A stretch of 62,526 bases of DNA, the filler included. It is 4 parts of 4 records of this genome, joined end to end, with 100 filler letters (N's around TTAATTAATTAA, not from the genome) between each part and the next. Parts side by side here need not be neighbours in the genome. Positions count along the whole stretch, not along the records: positions 1 to 26,173 come from SRR2962707_3369; 3 more parts are not named here. One strand, 5' to 3'. Position 1 is the first letter of the stretch, and the number at the start of each line of letters is the position of its first letter. Below the pieces are notes generated by a model, which was given only the letters and a program-made list of their open reading frames with translations, did not search any database and was not told where the DNA came from. Of the stretch, positions 1 to 8,910 are shown piece after piece. Both the position numbers and the translations under genes were made by a program.

Positions 1-412
1 TTTGTGGCAACAAAAACACATCTTGAAATTCTTACTCAGCCGGATAAAATGTGGTTAGCTACTTCCAAGTAGTTCAAGTCTCCAATTACTTCGTACAATG
101 AATTTATACTTACTCCATACATCAACTAAAAACATTACTGTGATGCTTCTTTCTAAAATAGATATAGCTTACAAATTGTTAAAGTGGTAAATAGTTGGAA
201 ATAGCAAAGACACTTCGAAAGGGGCTTGGTTTCTGACCGAAAGGAACTTAGAAACCAAGCTTCCTTCTCCGCTTACTAAACCGGAAAGTGCCCTGGATTT
301 TGACAAAGGAAAAATTTCAGGGGGTCTTTTCCTGTTCGCCTTCCCGTCCTTTAGAAAATTTGTTTTCTTTTGATAAATTCTCGTGCTCCTCCATAGAAAA
401 GTCTCTATTTTA

Positions 413-715
413 CTACCACCTACTCGGTTTTACCAGTTTGGGGTTCTTACGAGCCAGCTCCAACAATTCCTTTTTGGAAAAGAAAACCGACCGTCCTATC
501 TGGAAATATGGCACCATACCCTTTTTCTTCCAGCTGATCAGACTGGTGACCGATATACCCAGAAATTTTGCCGCTTCTTTTTGGGTTAGCCTGTCCTCTT
601 CCGGGTTGGTACTGCCGATAGGTATCGTTTCTGTTTTTCGGATTTCTTCGACCACCATTCGGACTACTCTTTTCAAATCTTCCTTGTTGTGCGTGTAGAA
701 TAATACGTTTCCCAT
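413..715 (-). CDS. HTH_17/excisionase-like DNA-binding protein of an integrative element
   Basis: LTQKEAAKFLGISVTSLISWKKKGMVPYFQIGRSVFF is a typical MerR/Xis-type HTH. It lies downstream of the integrase. ATG at 715 preferred over the TTG at 721. Confidence 0.85.
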   Translation of the reverse strand: MGNVLFYTHNKEDLKRVVRMVVEEIRKTETIPIGSTNPEEDRLTQKEAAKFLGISVTSLISWKKKGMVPYFQIGRSVFFSKKELLELARKNPKLVKPSRW

Positions 716-861
716 CTTCAAACTTTTTTAAATTAAACTCTTGTTTCAACAGTTCAAAGTTGGAATAAAACTGCGCTGTATAATTGAGTGTTCGTTTAAT
801 CCATGCAGTAAAACCTTTGATATCGTAGCTTTAACGCACTTTAGGGTATTTCATTTTACTT

Positions 862-1671
862 TTAAGTGTTTCGTTTAAGTTTGCTTAAAAAGGTACGGAT
901 ATTAGGAGAATTTTTATAGTGAGTGGCAAACTTCATCTCGCTCGGAAGTTTTTCTACGGACTGTCCAAGCCCTGGATAAATGGCTTTTAATAACATGGCT
1001 ACATCGGAAAAGGGATTGGTAATAATCTCTTCCTTGCACAATACCCAAAAGAGTTCTATAAAGCTGGCCTTATCAAGTATCGGTGGCGGGGAAAAAGAAC
1101 CATTTATCCCCCGAAGCTTTTGTTGTCCCCGCTCCGGTTCAAAATTAGTGAATACAAAATGACGGATTTCATCCTGGTAATTATGGTTATAATATTCGCT
1201 TAGATAATTAAAAATATCCTTTTGTCCTATGGTTTCCTTGTTGTGGTAGCCTTGGGGTCTTAACTTAAGTTTGATCGAGGGATATACAGGTACCACCGGG
1301 TATACCATTTCAATGGAGCCTGTCTTGGTTGACAAATTTACTGCCGGATTATTCTCTTCCTTATAATCCACTACTTTCCAAGAGTCTTTTACCCGCTTAA
1401 CCTGTCTCTTTTTAATGTAAAAATACATAGCTGTGGCACTGACCAAAAGAATTAGTATGTAGGCTATGGTAAAAAAAGTACGGAAACTCCAATCATAGGA
1501 ATCATTCAGAAAAAAGCTAACTTCTAAAAAAGTAAACAATAAAAAAAGTATTGTAAAGAAGATAATGTACAGATTCCCAGAAAAGAAAGCCCTTATCTTA
1601 TTATAAAGCCTTCTTGCTGCATCATCCATTTTTATCATCAAAACACCGATATGTTCAAAAAAATTATTCAT
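862..1671 (-). CDS. Hypothetical membrane protein (two N-terminal TM helices), element cargo
   Basis: 269-aa ORF with two hydrophobic segments. Its ATG overlaps the integrase stop (ATGA at 1668-1671). Confidence 0.7.
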   Translation of the reverse strand: MNNFFEHIGVLMIKMDDAARRLYNKIRAFFSGNLYIIFFTILFLLFTFLEVSFFLNDSYDWSFRTFFTIAYILILLVSATAMYFYIKKRQVKRVKDSWKVVDYKEENNPAVNLSTKTGSIEMVYPVVPVYPSIKLKLRPQGYHNKETIGQKDIFNYLSEYYNHNYQDEIRHFVFTNFEPERGQQKLRGINGSFSPPPILDKASFIELFWVLCKEEIITNPFSDVAMLLKAIYPGLGQSVEKLPSEMKFATHYKNSPNIRTFLSKLKRNT

Positions 1672-2906
1672 ATCTTATTCCAAGTGCTGTCCATTTCCTG
1701 CCTTTTAAAATCTTCAGCGATTTTTACATAACGCCTAAAGGAGCTTTCCTTTTTATGTCCAGTAATATTCCTGATCACTATTTCTTTCATCCCTAAAATT
1801 AAACTATTTGTTACAAATGTTTTACGAGCGGTATGACTCGTTATAAATTCATACTTGGGTGCGGTCTTATCTACCCGCCTTTGTCCGATATAGCGGGTAA
1901 TGGTTACCAGAATATTGATTTCGGCCTCTTTACAGCACTTTTTAATGTATTCATTAAATTTCTGTGAAGAAATTACCGGTAGTGGTTCATAAATGGTATC
2001 CTTGTATTTATCCAACAAAGCTTTTGAATAATTGTTCAGGGGTATAACCTGATCTATTGTCTTTGTTTTTTGGACATTAAGCCGGATATGGTCTTCTTGT
2101 ATGTTCGATGAACGTAATTGCTTGACATCGGAGAAGCGAAGTCCCGTAAAACAGCTAAAACAGTAAGTGTCGCGTACATGTTCTAATTTCTTTGAAGTAA
2201 ACTCATGCTGATATAAGGTCATGAGCTCTTCTATGGTAAGGAAGATCACTTCGATGGGATCTTCTTTCGCTTTGAATTTCTTGTATGCATGGTTATCATG
2301 ATATCCCCTATCCGATGCCCATGTCATGAACGTCTTTAAAATTTTAATGATACAGGCAAAATAACTATTGGTGTACTTTTTCTTTAGAAAAGTATATTCC
2401 TGTAGGTTTTCAAAAAAGGTTTGATTGATAGTATCAAAATACAAAGCATAACCGGTATTTTTCTCAAAAGTTTTAAAAAAATTAGAGATGGTTACGTAAG
2501 ATTTAATAGTCCTTTCTACTTTGGTAGCTTTACTTTTTTCAATAAACTCGACAAAAGAAGGCCAAAACTCATGGCTTAAACGGGTAGCACTTAGATTGGT
2601 ATCGAGCTTTTCCAATATAAATTCTTTAGAGGAAGTAATTTCATTTAAAAGGATGTACCTGAATAATTTTTTGAGATCTGTTTCAAGTTCGTCTATCTTC
2701 TTATTATACTCTATATGGTAATTATAGGCTTCCCCTTTTCTTGGTGGCCGGATACGTTGGTTATCCTCCATCCATTGGGAAAGCGAACATTTTACCCCTT
2801 TAACTTGTTTACGGATACGCTGCCCATCTACAGTAATACTATAATAAACTGGTGAAAGACCACTTTTATCAATCTTGTTCTTAACAACATAAAAAGAAAC
2901 TTGCAT
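1668..2906 (-). CDS. Tyrosine recombinase/site-specific integrase (Bacteroidota arm-binding + SAM-like + catalytic domains)
   Basis: Catalytic motifs FTGLRFSD (R), QKTK (K), SHTARKT (HxxR), ITGH and RRY (Y); N-terminal arm-binding-like domain. Confidence 0.95.
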   Translation of the reverse strand: MQVSFYVVKNKIDKSGLSPVYYSITVDGQRIRKQVKGVKCSLSQWMEDNQRIRPPRKGEAYNYHIEYNKKIDELETDLKKLFRYILLNEITSSKEFILEKLDTNLSATRLSHEFWPSFVEFIEKSKATKVERTIKSYVTISNFFKTFEKNTGYALYFDTINQTFFENLQEYTFLKKKYTNSYFACIIKILKTFMTWASDRGYHDNHAYKKFKAKEDPIEVIFLTIEELMTLYQHEFTSKKLEHVRDTYCFSCFTGLRFSDVKQLRSSNIQEDHIRLNVQKTKTIDQVIPLNNYSKALLDKYKDTIYEPLPVISSQKFNEYIKKCCKEAEINILVTITRYIGQRRVDKTAPKYEFITSHTARKTFVTNSLILGMKEIVIRNITGHKKESSFRRYVKIAEDFKRQEMDSTWNKI

Positions 2907-2926
2907 AATATTACTAATGGATTTAA

Positions 2927-2960
2927 TTGGACAAAAGAGGTGACAAAAAAGGTGACAAAA
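2927..2960. repeat. Three 12-bp-period direct repeats (TTGGACAAAAGA/GGTGACAAAAAA/GGTGACAAAA), probable integrase arm-binding sites
   Basis: Seen directly between the integrase start and the att core. Confidence 0.6.
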
Positions 2961-3066
2961 TTTTTAAAAAACTTAAAAAAAATAGGTTTAAGTAAATTTC
3001 ACATACACCAAATATAGTGATTTATAAGGGGTTACAGGAGGTATAAAATAAGAAAAGTTCTATAGT

Positions 3067-3084
3067 ACTCCCGCCTCGAGTACA
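3067..3084 (+). other. Putative att core: displaced 3' end of a tRNA (likely tRNA-Leu), ACTCCCGCCTCGAGTACA
   Basis: Resembles the T-arm 3' half plus acceptor strand of Bacteroidota tRNA-Leu (recalled, not searched). No upstream tRNA body. Adjacent to the integrase. Confidence 0.6.
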
Positions 3085-3122
3085 AAAACCCTTGTTAATC
3101 ATTTGATTTTCAAGGGTTTTTT
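3085..3122. terminator. Hairpin AAAACCCTTG...CAAGGGTTTT, likely bidirectional terminator
   Basis: 10-bp inverted repeat with A/T tails, between the att core and the rodA stop. Confidence 0.65.
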
Positions 3123-3191
3123 ATTTTTATAGACTTTTATTGTACGCTTATTTTGGATCATTCCCAATTGTTGTGTTCATGCAAAATTAAC

Positions 3192-4472
3192 CTACATCCA
3201 CTCGTTAATTCTATTAGCGTCTAGTTTCAAAAAGATAAATAAAAGCACGGTAAATCCTAGCAGACCTGACCCTCCATAGCTAAAAAACGGCAATGGAATT
3301 CCTACAGTAGGCAACAAACCAATTACCATTCCTACATTAATTGCAAAGTGAAAAAAGATGATAGATGCTACAGAATAACCATATATTCTGCTGAAAGCAG
3401 ATTTTTGGCGTTCTGCCAAAAACAACAACCTTAAAATAAGCATCGAAAACAATAGAATAACTGCAGATGTTCCTACAAAACCCCACTCTTCTCCAACTGT
3501 ACTAAAAATATAATCGGTATGTTGTTCTGGGACAAAGTTTCCTTTGGTTCTTGTTCCTTCTAAAAATCCTTTCCCCATAAAACCTCCAGAACCAATAGCA
3601 GATTCTGATTGATAGGTATTATACCCAATAGTTTTTCTAATCTGATTAAGTTTCAGAGGATCGTCTTCTAGTCGTAACCACAAACTAAAACGGTCTCTGT
3701 GTCGTTGCTCAAAAACACTATTGTATATAAAATTAACAGAATACGAAAAAGCAGTAGCTATAATTAAAATAATTGTTAGCTGAGGAATAGATACTTTTTT
3801 CTTTTTCTTTTTAGAGAAATAATAAACCAACCCTAACAACAATGCACAACCCAAAAACACCCAGATAGTACCATAAAGTAGCGTGGACACAAATAAAACA
3901 ACAACAAACAATCCCACTAAAAGATACATTGGATGTAACCCTTCTCGATACAATACAAAAAAGAAAGCAGCATAGACTAATGCACTTCCAGGATCTGGCT
4001 GCGGAATGATAAGTAATGCTGGTAAACTTATAATAATAAAAGCTCTAAATAAGTCTTTAGGATTCTGAATATCGGTTTGTATATCACTTAAAAATTTAGC
4101 CAATGCCAAAGCTGTTGCAGCTTTAGCAAACTCAGACGGCTGAAGCGTCATCCCTCCAATTGCATACCAAGAAGTTGCTCCATTTACATTTTTCCCAAAA
4201 ACATAGAGCCCTAATAAAGATAGCAACGAAACCAAATAAATAATACTAGAAAACCGTTCGTAAAATTTAGCTTCTACAGATAAAATAAGGACAATGAGGA
4301 CGCAGCTTACAATTATAAACACTAATTGCTTCCCATAATAAGTTTCAGCATTTAAAACACTCCCTAACTCCCCAGTAAAAGAAGCGGAATAAATATTTAA
4401 CCAACCAATAAAAACCAATAATGCATACAGCAGAATACTAAACCAGTCTACTTTTTTTAAAAAATCACTCAT
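3192..4472 (-). CDS. rodA: Rod shape-determining protein RodA (SEDS)
   Basis: QPSEFAK, QPDPGS, PEQHTDYIF and PFFSYGGS motifs; follows mrdA. Confidence 0.97.
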   Translation of the reverse strand: MSDFLKKVDWFSILLYALLVFIGWLNIYSASFTGELGSVLNAETYYGKQLVFIIVSCVLIVLILSVEAKFYERFSSIIYLVSLLSLLGLYVFGKNVNGATSWYAIGGMTLQPSEFAKAATALALAKFLSDIQTDIQNPKDLFRAFIIISLPALLIIPQPDPGSALVYAAFFFVLYREGLHPMYLLVGLFVVVLFVSTLLYGTIWVFLGCALLLGLVYYFSKKKKKKVSIPQLTIILIIATAFSYSVNFIYNSVFEQRHRDRFSLWLRLEDDPLKLNQIRKTIGYNTYQSESAIGSGGFMGKGFLEGTRTKGNFVPEQHTDYIFSTVGEEWGFVGTSAVILLFSMLILRLLFLAERQKSAFSRIYGYSVASIIFFHFAINVGMVIGLLPTVGIPLPFFSYGGSGLLGFTVLLFIFLKLDANRINEWM

Positions 4473-6401
4473 TTAAGGCAAAGGTTTTTTAGTAGGTTGC
4501 TTTATAACTTCTTTTTCTGGCCATTTAACAAATGTTTTTCCATCGTTTATCCTAAACGATTCTCCACTTAGTGGCTTAGCATATTCTTCTTCCAAACTAC
4601 CTTTTAAAAGATAATTCTCCATATCTGTTCTGGTAATTTCGCCTTTTACATATTTTTCTATCATTAAACTAGCAATTCTACCAGCCCATCTACTCCCCCA
4701 ATATCCATTTTCAACAAAAACAGCTATAGCTATTTTAGGATCTTCTACTGGTGCAAAAGCTACAAATATAGAATGGTCTGTGAGCTGTACTCTTTCTCCT
4801 TCTATTTTTGTAAAATTCTCCGCAGTCCCTGTTTTTCCAGCAATATTAATCCCTGGAATTCTAAGCAAGCTTGCTGTTCCCTTATTATAAACATCATACA
4901 TCCCCTGCACTACAGGCTCAAAATTTTTAGTATCAATTGTGGTTTGATGTTTTTCTAAAAATTTATTTGGTATGGTATCATTTTCTATTTCTTTGATAAT
5001 ATGTGGCGTATAATAATACCCTCTATTTGCAATAGTAGCCGTTAAATTTGCTAACTGAATTGGGGTAGACAAAACCTCCCCTTGTCCAATAGCGTTAGAC
5101 AATGTATTTGTTGCAAACCATCGTCTTTCTCCATATACGCTGTTATAATAATCTGCATCTGGAATTTTACCAGATTGACCCGTTGGAAGATCATATCCTA
5201 GATAATTTCCTAATCCAAAACTTTCTACATGCTTCTCCCAAGCATTCATCCCTTCTGCAGAAGTAGGATACTTCTCAATAATTCGCCTGTATGTATTTGC
5301 AAAATAAGCATTACAAGATGCTTCAATTCCTCTTCTTAAGTTGTTTCGTGTTCCAGATGGGCAGTGGCAGCCCATAAACGAATTTCTTCCATAGCGATAC
5401 CCATGGTAACAGGTAAAAGTTGTACTCTCATCTATAACTCCTTCTTGCAAGCCAATTAAAGCATTCACTGTTTTAAATGGAGAACCGGGCGGATACATAG
5501 CATTCAAACCTCGGTCGTACAAGGGTTTCGCAATGGAGTCGTAATACAGCTCTGTATAATTTTTTGACCTCTTCCTCCCTACTAACAAGTCTGGATCATA
5601 ACTAGGCGCAGAAACCAAAGCCAATATTTCTCCCGTTTTAGGATCCAAAGCCACTATCCCTCCACGCTTATGAATCATTAATTTTTCTCCATATTTCTGA
5701 AGCTCATTATCCAACGTCAAAACGATATCCTTTCCAGGAACAGGGAGCGTATCAAAAACACCATCTTTATAAGGACCAATAACTCTATTAAAACGATCTT
5801 TCTGAATAAACTTCACCCCTTTTCTTCCTCGCAAAACATTTTCATACTCTTCTTCCACACCTTGCCTACCTATTAACTCCCCAGATTGGTAATAAGAATA
5901 TTTTTTTAAATCACGGTTATTCACTTCGCTTATATACCCTAAAACATTAGCCCCTACATGTGTCATATAGTGTCTTAAAGATCGTTTCTGAATATAAAAA
6001 CCTTCATATTTACGCATTTTTTCTTGCAAAATAGCATACTCCTTTTTAGAAAGCTGCGGTACAAATACTGAAGGAAGTCTAGGAGAATAAATTCTTGCTT
6101 TCTTATATTTTTTTTCAAACTCTTCTTTGGTAATATTAAGCAAAGCGCAAAACTCTAGAGTATCAAGCGGCTTCACTTCTCTTGGAATAACCATTACATC
6201 ATAAGAAGGTTGATTAGCCACCAATAACTCCCCATTTCTATCATAAATATGCCCTCTTTCTGGGTAATCATAAACTGCATTAATTGCAGTATCATTTAAT
6301 GGATTTTTATTGGTATTATCTAACAATTGCAAATAAGAAAGCCTCCCTATATAAACAATAGCGATGATAATAATAATAGATGCTAAAAGAAGTTTTCTCA
6401 T
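4473..6401 (-). CDS. mrdA: Penicillin-binding protein 2
   Basis: PERGHIYDRNG, SPFK (SxxK), SCN (SxN) and KTGT motifs; in the mreBCD-rodA operon. Confidence 0.96.
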   Translation of the reverse strand: MRKLLLASIIIIIAIVYIGRLSYLQLLDNTNKNPLNDTAINAVYDYPERGHIYDRNGELLVANQPSYDVMVIPREVKPLDTLEFCALLNITKEEFEKKYKKARIYSPRLPSVFVPQLSKKEYAILQEKMRKYEGFYIQKRSLRHYMTHVGANVLGYISEVNNRDLKKYSYYQSGELIGRQGVEEEYENVLRGRKGVKFIQKDRFNRVIGPYKDGVFDTLPVPGKDIVLTLDNELQKYGEKLMIHKRGGIVALDPKTGEILALVSAPSYDPDLLVGRKRSKNYTELYYDSIAKPLYDRGLNAMYPPGSPFKTVNALIGLQEGVIDESTTFTCYHGYRYGRNSFMGCHCPSGTRNNLRRGIEASCNAYFANTYRRIIEKYPTSAEGMNAWEKHVESFGLGNYLGYDLPTGQSGKIPDADYYNSVYGERRWFATNTLSNAIGQGEVLSTPIQLANLTATIANRGYYYTPHIIKEIENDTIPNKFLEKHQTTIDTKNFEPVVQGMYDVYNKGTASLLRIPGINIAGKTGTAENFTKIEGERVQLTDHSIFVAFAPVEDPKIAIAVFVENGYWGSRWAGRIASLMIEKYVKGEITRTDMENYLLKGSLEEEYAKPLSGESFRINDGKTFVKWPEKEVIKQPTKKPLP

Positions 6402-6907
6402 GTACTTTTTCTACTAAAGAGTGAGATAAAGATTAAACACATAATTAAGGTGAATATTGCAGAAAATAAGGTTTTTTTTAGAATCAGCAATATATGTGCA
6501 AAACTAAATATCTCTAAACTGAAAAGTACAAAATGGTGTGTTAAAATTAAGATAATGAGATAATTAATACGCTGACCAAAATATGTTTTTTCAATCTTTA
6601 TATTATGATAATCATAACTTACCCCAAAAACAGACCGCATCATTAACGGTCTAAAATAGGCTACAAAAACACATGCAGCTGCATGCACGCCACCACTATC
6701 ACTAAACATATCTATTGCTAACCCTAAAAGAAAAGCTGAAAAAATAAATAAAATCCTATTGTCTTTATCAAAAGGAAATAGAATGATAAAAAGTAGATAG
6801 ATATACGGATTTAAATAACCTAAAAAGTTAATATTACTAAAAATAACCACCTGTAAAATTACAAGCGCCACAAATCGAAGTATGGTTACAAAAGCTGTAT
6901 TATTCAT
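6398..6907 (-). CDS. mreD: Rod shape-determining protein MreD
   Basis: Hydrophobic ~170 aa with LGLAIDMF motif, between mreC and mrdA. ATG at 6907 preferred. Confidence 0.9.
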   Translation of the reverse strand: MNNTAFVTILRFVALVILQVVIFSNINFLGYLNPYIYLLFIILFPFDKDNRILFIFSAFLLGLAIDMFSDSGGVHAAACVFVAYFRPLMMRSVFGVSYDYHNIKIEKTYFGQRINYLIILILTHHFVLFSLEIFSFAHILLILKKTLFSAIFTLIMCLIFISLFSRKST

Positions 6908-7721
6908 CGATAGAAGCTTCAAGGGTTAAAATCTCATCCCTGTTCAGGTTTTCAATAACATAAACATGGTCTAACGTGGTCATATCGTTAAACAATTTTA
7001 CATCTATTAAATAATAATTTTGAGAAACATCCAAATCAAAATTTTCTATGGTTCCAATAGGTATTCCTTTGGGGAAAATACTTGACATTCCGCCAGTTAT
7101 TACGGTATCTCCTTTCTTAATGGCAGCAGACCGCAAAATATCGACTAACTGAACAGTTTTAAAGTCTTCTCCATTCCATTTTAAGGATCCAAAATTATTA
7201 GTATTCTTTATAGATGCATTTATTTCTGAAAGCGAATTTAATACCGATTGTACATTTGCATAATTGCTAGAATTGTTCTCTATAATCCCAACAATTCCTT
7301 TGGAAGTAATTACCCCCATATCTTGCTTTACACTATCATTTCTCCCTTTATTTATAAGCAAATAATTACGCCTTTTATTAAAGCTATTTTTTATAATTGA
7401 AGCATTGTACAAATTATAATTTGTAAATAAAGAATCAGAAGAAAATGTAGAATCTATTGCATTATCTTCAATATTTAAAAGCTGCTTACGCAAGCGCAAG
7501 TTTTCTTCTACTAATTGCTTGTTGTACTCTTTTAAATGAAAGTAATCTGAGATATTATTAGAATTACTATATACTTTTCCAGATACCCAATTTGCCGAGT
7601 TTACAAACTTAGTTTTTTGATATGAATGTGACTGAAAAGTAAAAAATAGCGACAAGCCAAAAAGCAATAGAAAGGTAATAAAGGTCTTATTCCTTATTAA
7701 AAAATTGACAATTTGTTGCAT
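6900..7721 (-). CDS. mreC: Rod shape-determining protein MreC
   Basis: N-terminal TM, coiled coil (LVEENLRLRKQL), GDTVITGGMSSIFPKGIPIG. Confidence 0.95.
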   Translation of the reverse strand: MQQIVNFLIRNKTFITFLLLFGLSLFFTFQSHSYQKTKFVNSANWVSGKVYSNSNNISDYFHLKEYNKQLVEENLRLRKQLLNIEDNAIDSTFSSDSLFTNYNLYNASIIKNSFNKRRNYLLINKGRNDSVKQDMGVITSKGIVGIIENNSSNYANVQSVLNSLSEINASIKNTNNFGSLKWNGEDFKTVQLVDILRSAAIKKGDTVITGGMSSIFPKGIPIGTIENFDLDVSQNYYLIDVKLFNDMTTLDHVYVIENLNRDEILTLEASIDE

Positions 7722-7730
7722 TCACTAATT

Positions 7731-8759
7731 CTATTTTATTAAGATTGGTTTATACTTCTCTAGATTTTTTAAAGCTATCCCCGTACCTCTTACTACCGCT
7801 CTTAATGGATCTTCGGCAATATAAACAGGAAGATCTGTTTTTTGCGAAATACGCTTATCAAGACCTCTAAGCATAGAACCTCCTCCTGCAAGATAAATTC
7901 CTGTATTGTAAATATCGGCAGCTAATTCTGGTGGCGTTTGAGATAGGGTTTCCATTACCGCATCTTCAATTCTTAAAATCGATTTATCCAGAGCTTTAGC
8001 AATCTCTCTATATGAAATTTGCACTTGTTTAGGTTTCCCTGTTAAAAGGTCACGCCCTTGAACACTCATTTCTTCTGGCGGAATTTCAAGATCTTCGGTA
8101 GCAGCTCCAATAGCTATTTTTATATTTTCTGCAGTAGTTTCTCCAACATATAAGTTATGCTGAGTCCGCATATAATAAATAATATCGTTTGTAAATACAT
8201 CTCCAGCAATTTTTACAGATTTATCACAAACAATCCCTCCTAAAGCAATTACTGCAATTTCGGTAGTTCCTCCACCTATATCAACAATCATATTTCCTTT
8301 AGGCTGCATAATATCCAATCCAATTCCAATAGCAGCAGCCATTGGCTCATGAATTAAATATACCTCTTTTCCATTAACACGCTCAGCAGATTCTTTTACC
8401 GCACGCATTTCTACTTCTGTTATTCCTGATGGAATACAAATAACCATTTTCAATGTAGGCTGAAAAAAACGTTTTTTTAATGCTGGAATTCCTTTAATGA
8501 ACATATTGATCATTTTTTCGGAAGCATCAAAATCGGCAATTACACCATCTTTTAAAGGCCTTATTGTTTTTATATTTTCATGGGTTTTTCCTTGCATCAT
8601 GCTGGCTTCCTTACCAACTGCAATAATTTTTCCAGTCATTCTGTCTCTGGCCACAATAGAAGGACTATCCACAACCACTTTGTCGTTATGAATAATTAGC
8701 GTATTTGCTGTTCCTAAATCTATAGCAATTTCTTCGGTCAAGAAGTCAAAAAATCCCAT
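7731..8759 (-). CDS. mreB: Actin-like MreB
   Basis: IAIDLGTANT, RPLKDGVIADF, VDIGGGTTE, LAGGGSML. Confidence 0.98.
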   Translation of the reverse strand: MGFFDFLTEEIAIDLGTANTLIIHNDKVVVDSPSIVARDRMTGKIIAVGKEASMMQGKTHENIKTIRPLKDGVIADFDASEKMINMFIKGIPALKKRFFQPTLKMVICIPSGITEVEMRAVKESAERVNGKEVYLIHEPMAAAIGIGLDIMQPKGNMIVDIGGGTTEIAVIALGGIVCDKSVKIAGDVFTNDIIYYMRTQHNLYVGETTAENIKIAIGAATEDLEIPPEEMSVQGRDLLTGKPKQVQISYREIAKALDKSILRIEDAVMETLSQTPPELAADIYNTGIYLAGGGSMLRGLDKRISQKTDLPVYIAEDPLRAVVRGTGIALKNLEKYKPILIK

Positions 8760-8850
8760 GAATTCTTCTGATATTAATCTGGTTATTTCCGCAAAGTGCG
8801 ACTAAAATATACCGAATATTTATTTCGGTATTTATTTGTTTATTTTATTC

Positions 8851-8880
8851 ATAACCTCGCAAATTACTTTGCGAGGTTAT
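8851..8880 (-). terminator. Hairpin ATAACCTCGCAAA-TTAC-TTTGCGAGGTTAT downstream of purH
   Basis: Perfect 13-bp inverted repeat 30 bp after the purH stop. Confidence 0.7.
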
Positions 8881-8910
8881 TTCTGTTTTAATTCTTTCAA
8901 ATGTAATGAA

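Larger units (their letters stand above)
1..3084. mobile_element. Right end of an integrative element (genomic island/ICE/prophage-like); the left end lies outside the window
   Basis: Integrase + cargo + xis-like gene, bounded by arm-type repeats and a tRNA-3'-like att core; core genes (rodA) resume after 3190. Confidence 0.75.

Noticed and set aside
288-749. Overlapping ORFs 288-698, 383-589 and 447-749, and the many other short antisense ORFs inside long genes
   Set aside because: Shadow frames of well-supported genes, with no motifs of their own.
3040-3090. Intact tRNA gene
   Set aside because: Only about 18 nt of the 3' end are present; no D-arm, anticodon arm or GTTC T-loop in register.
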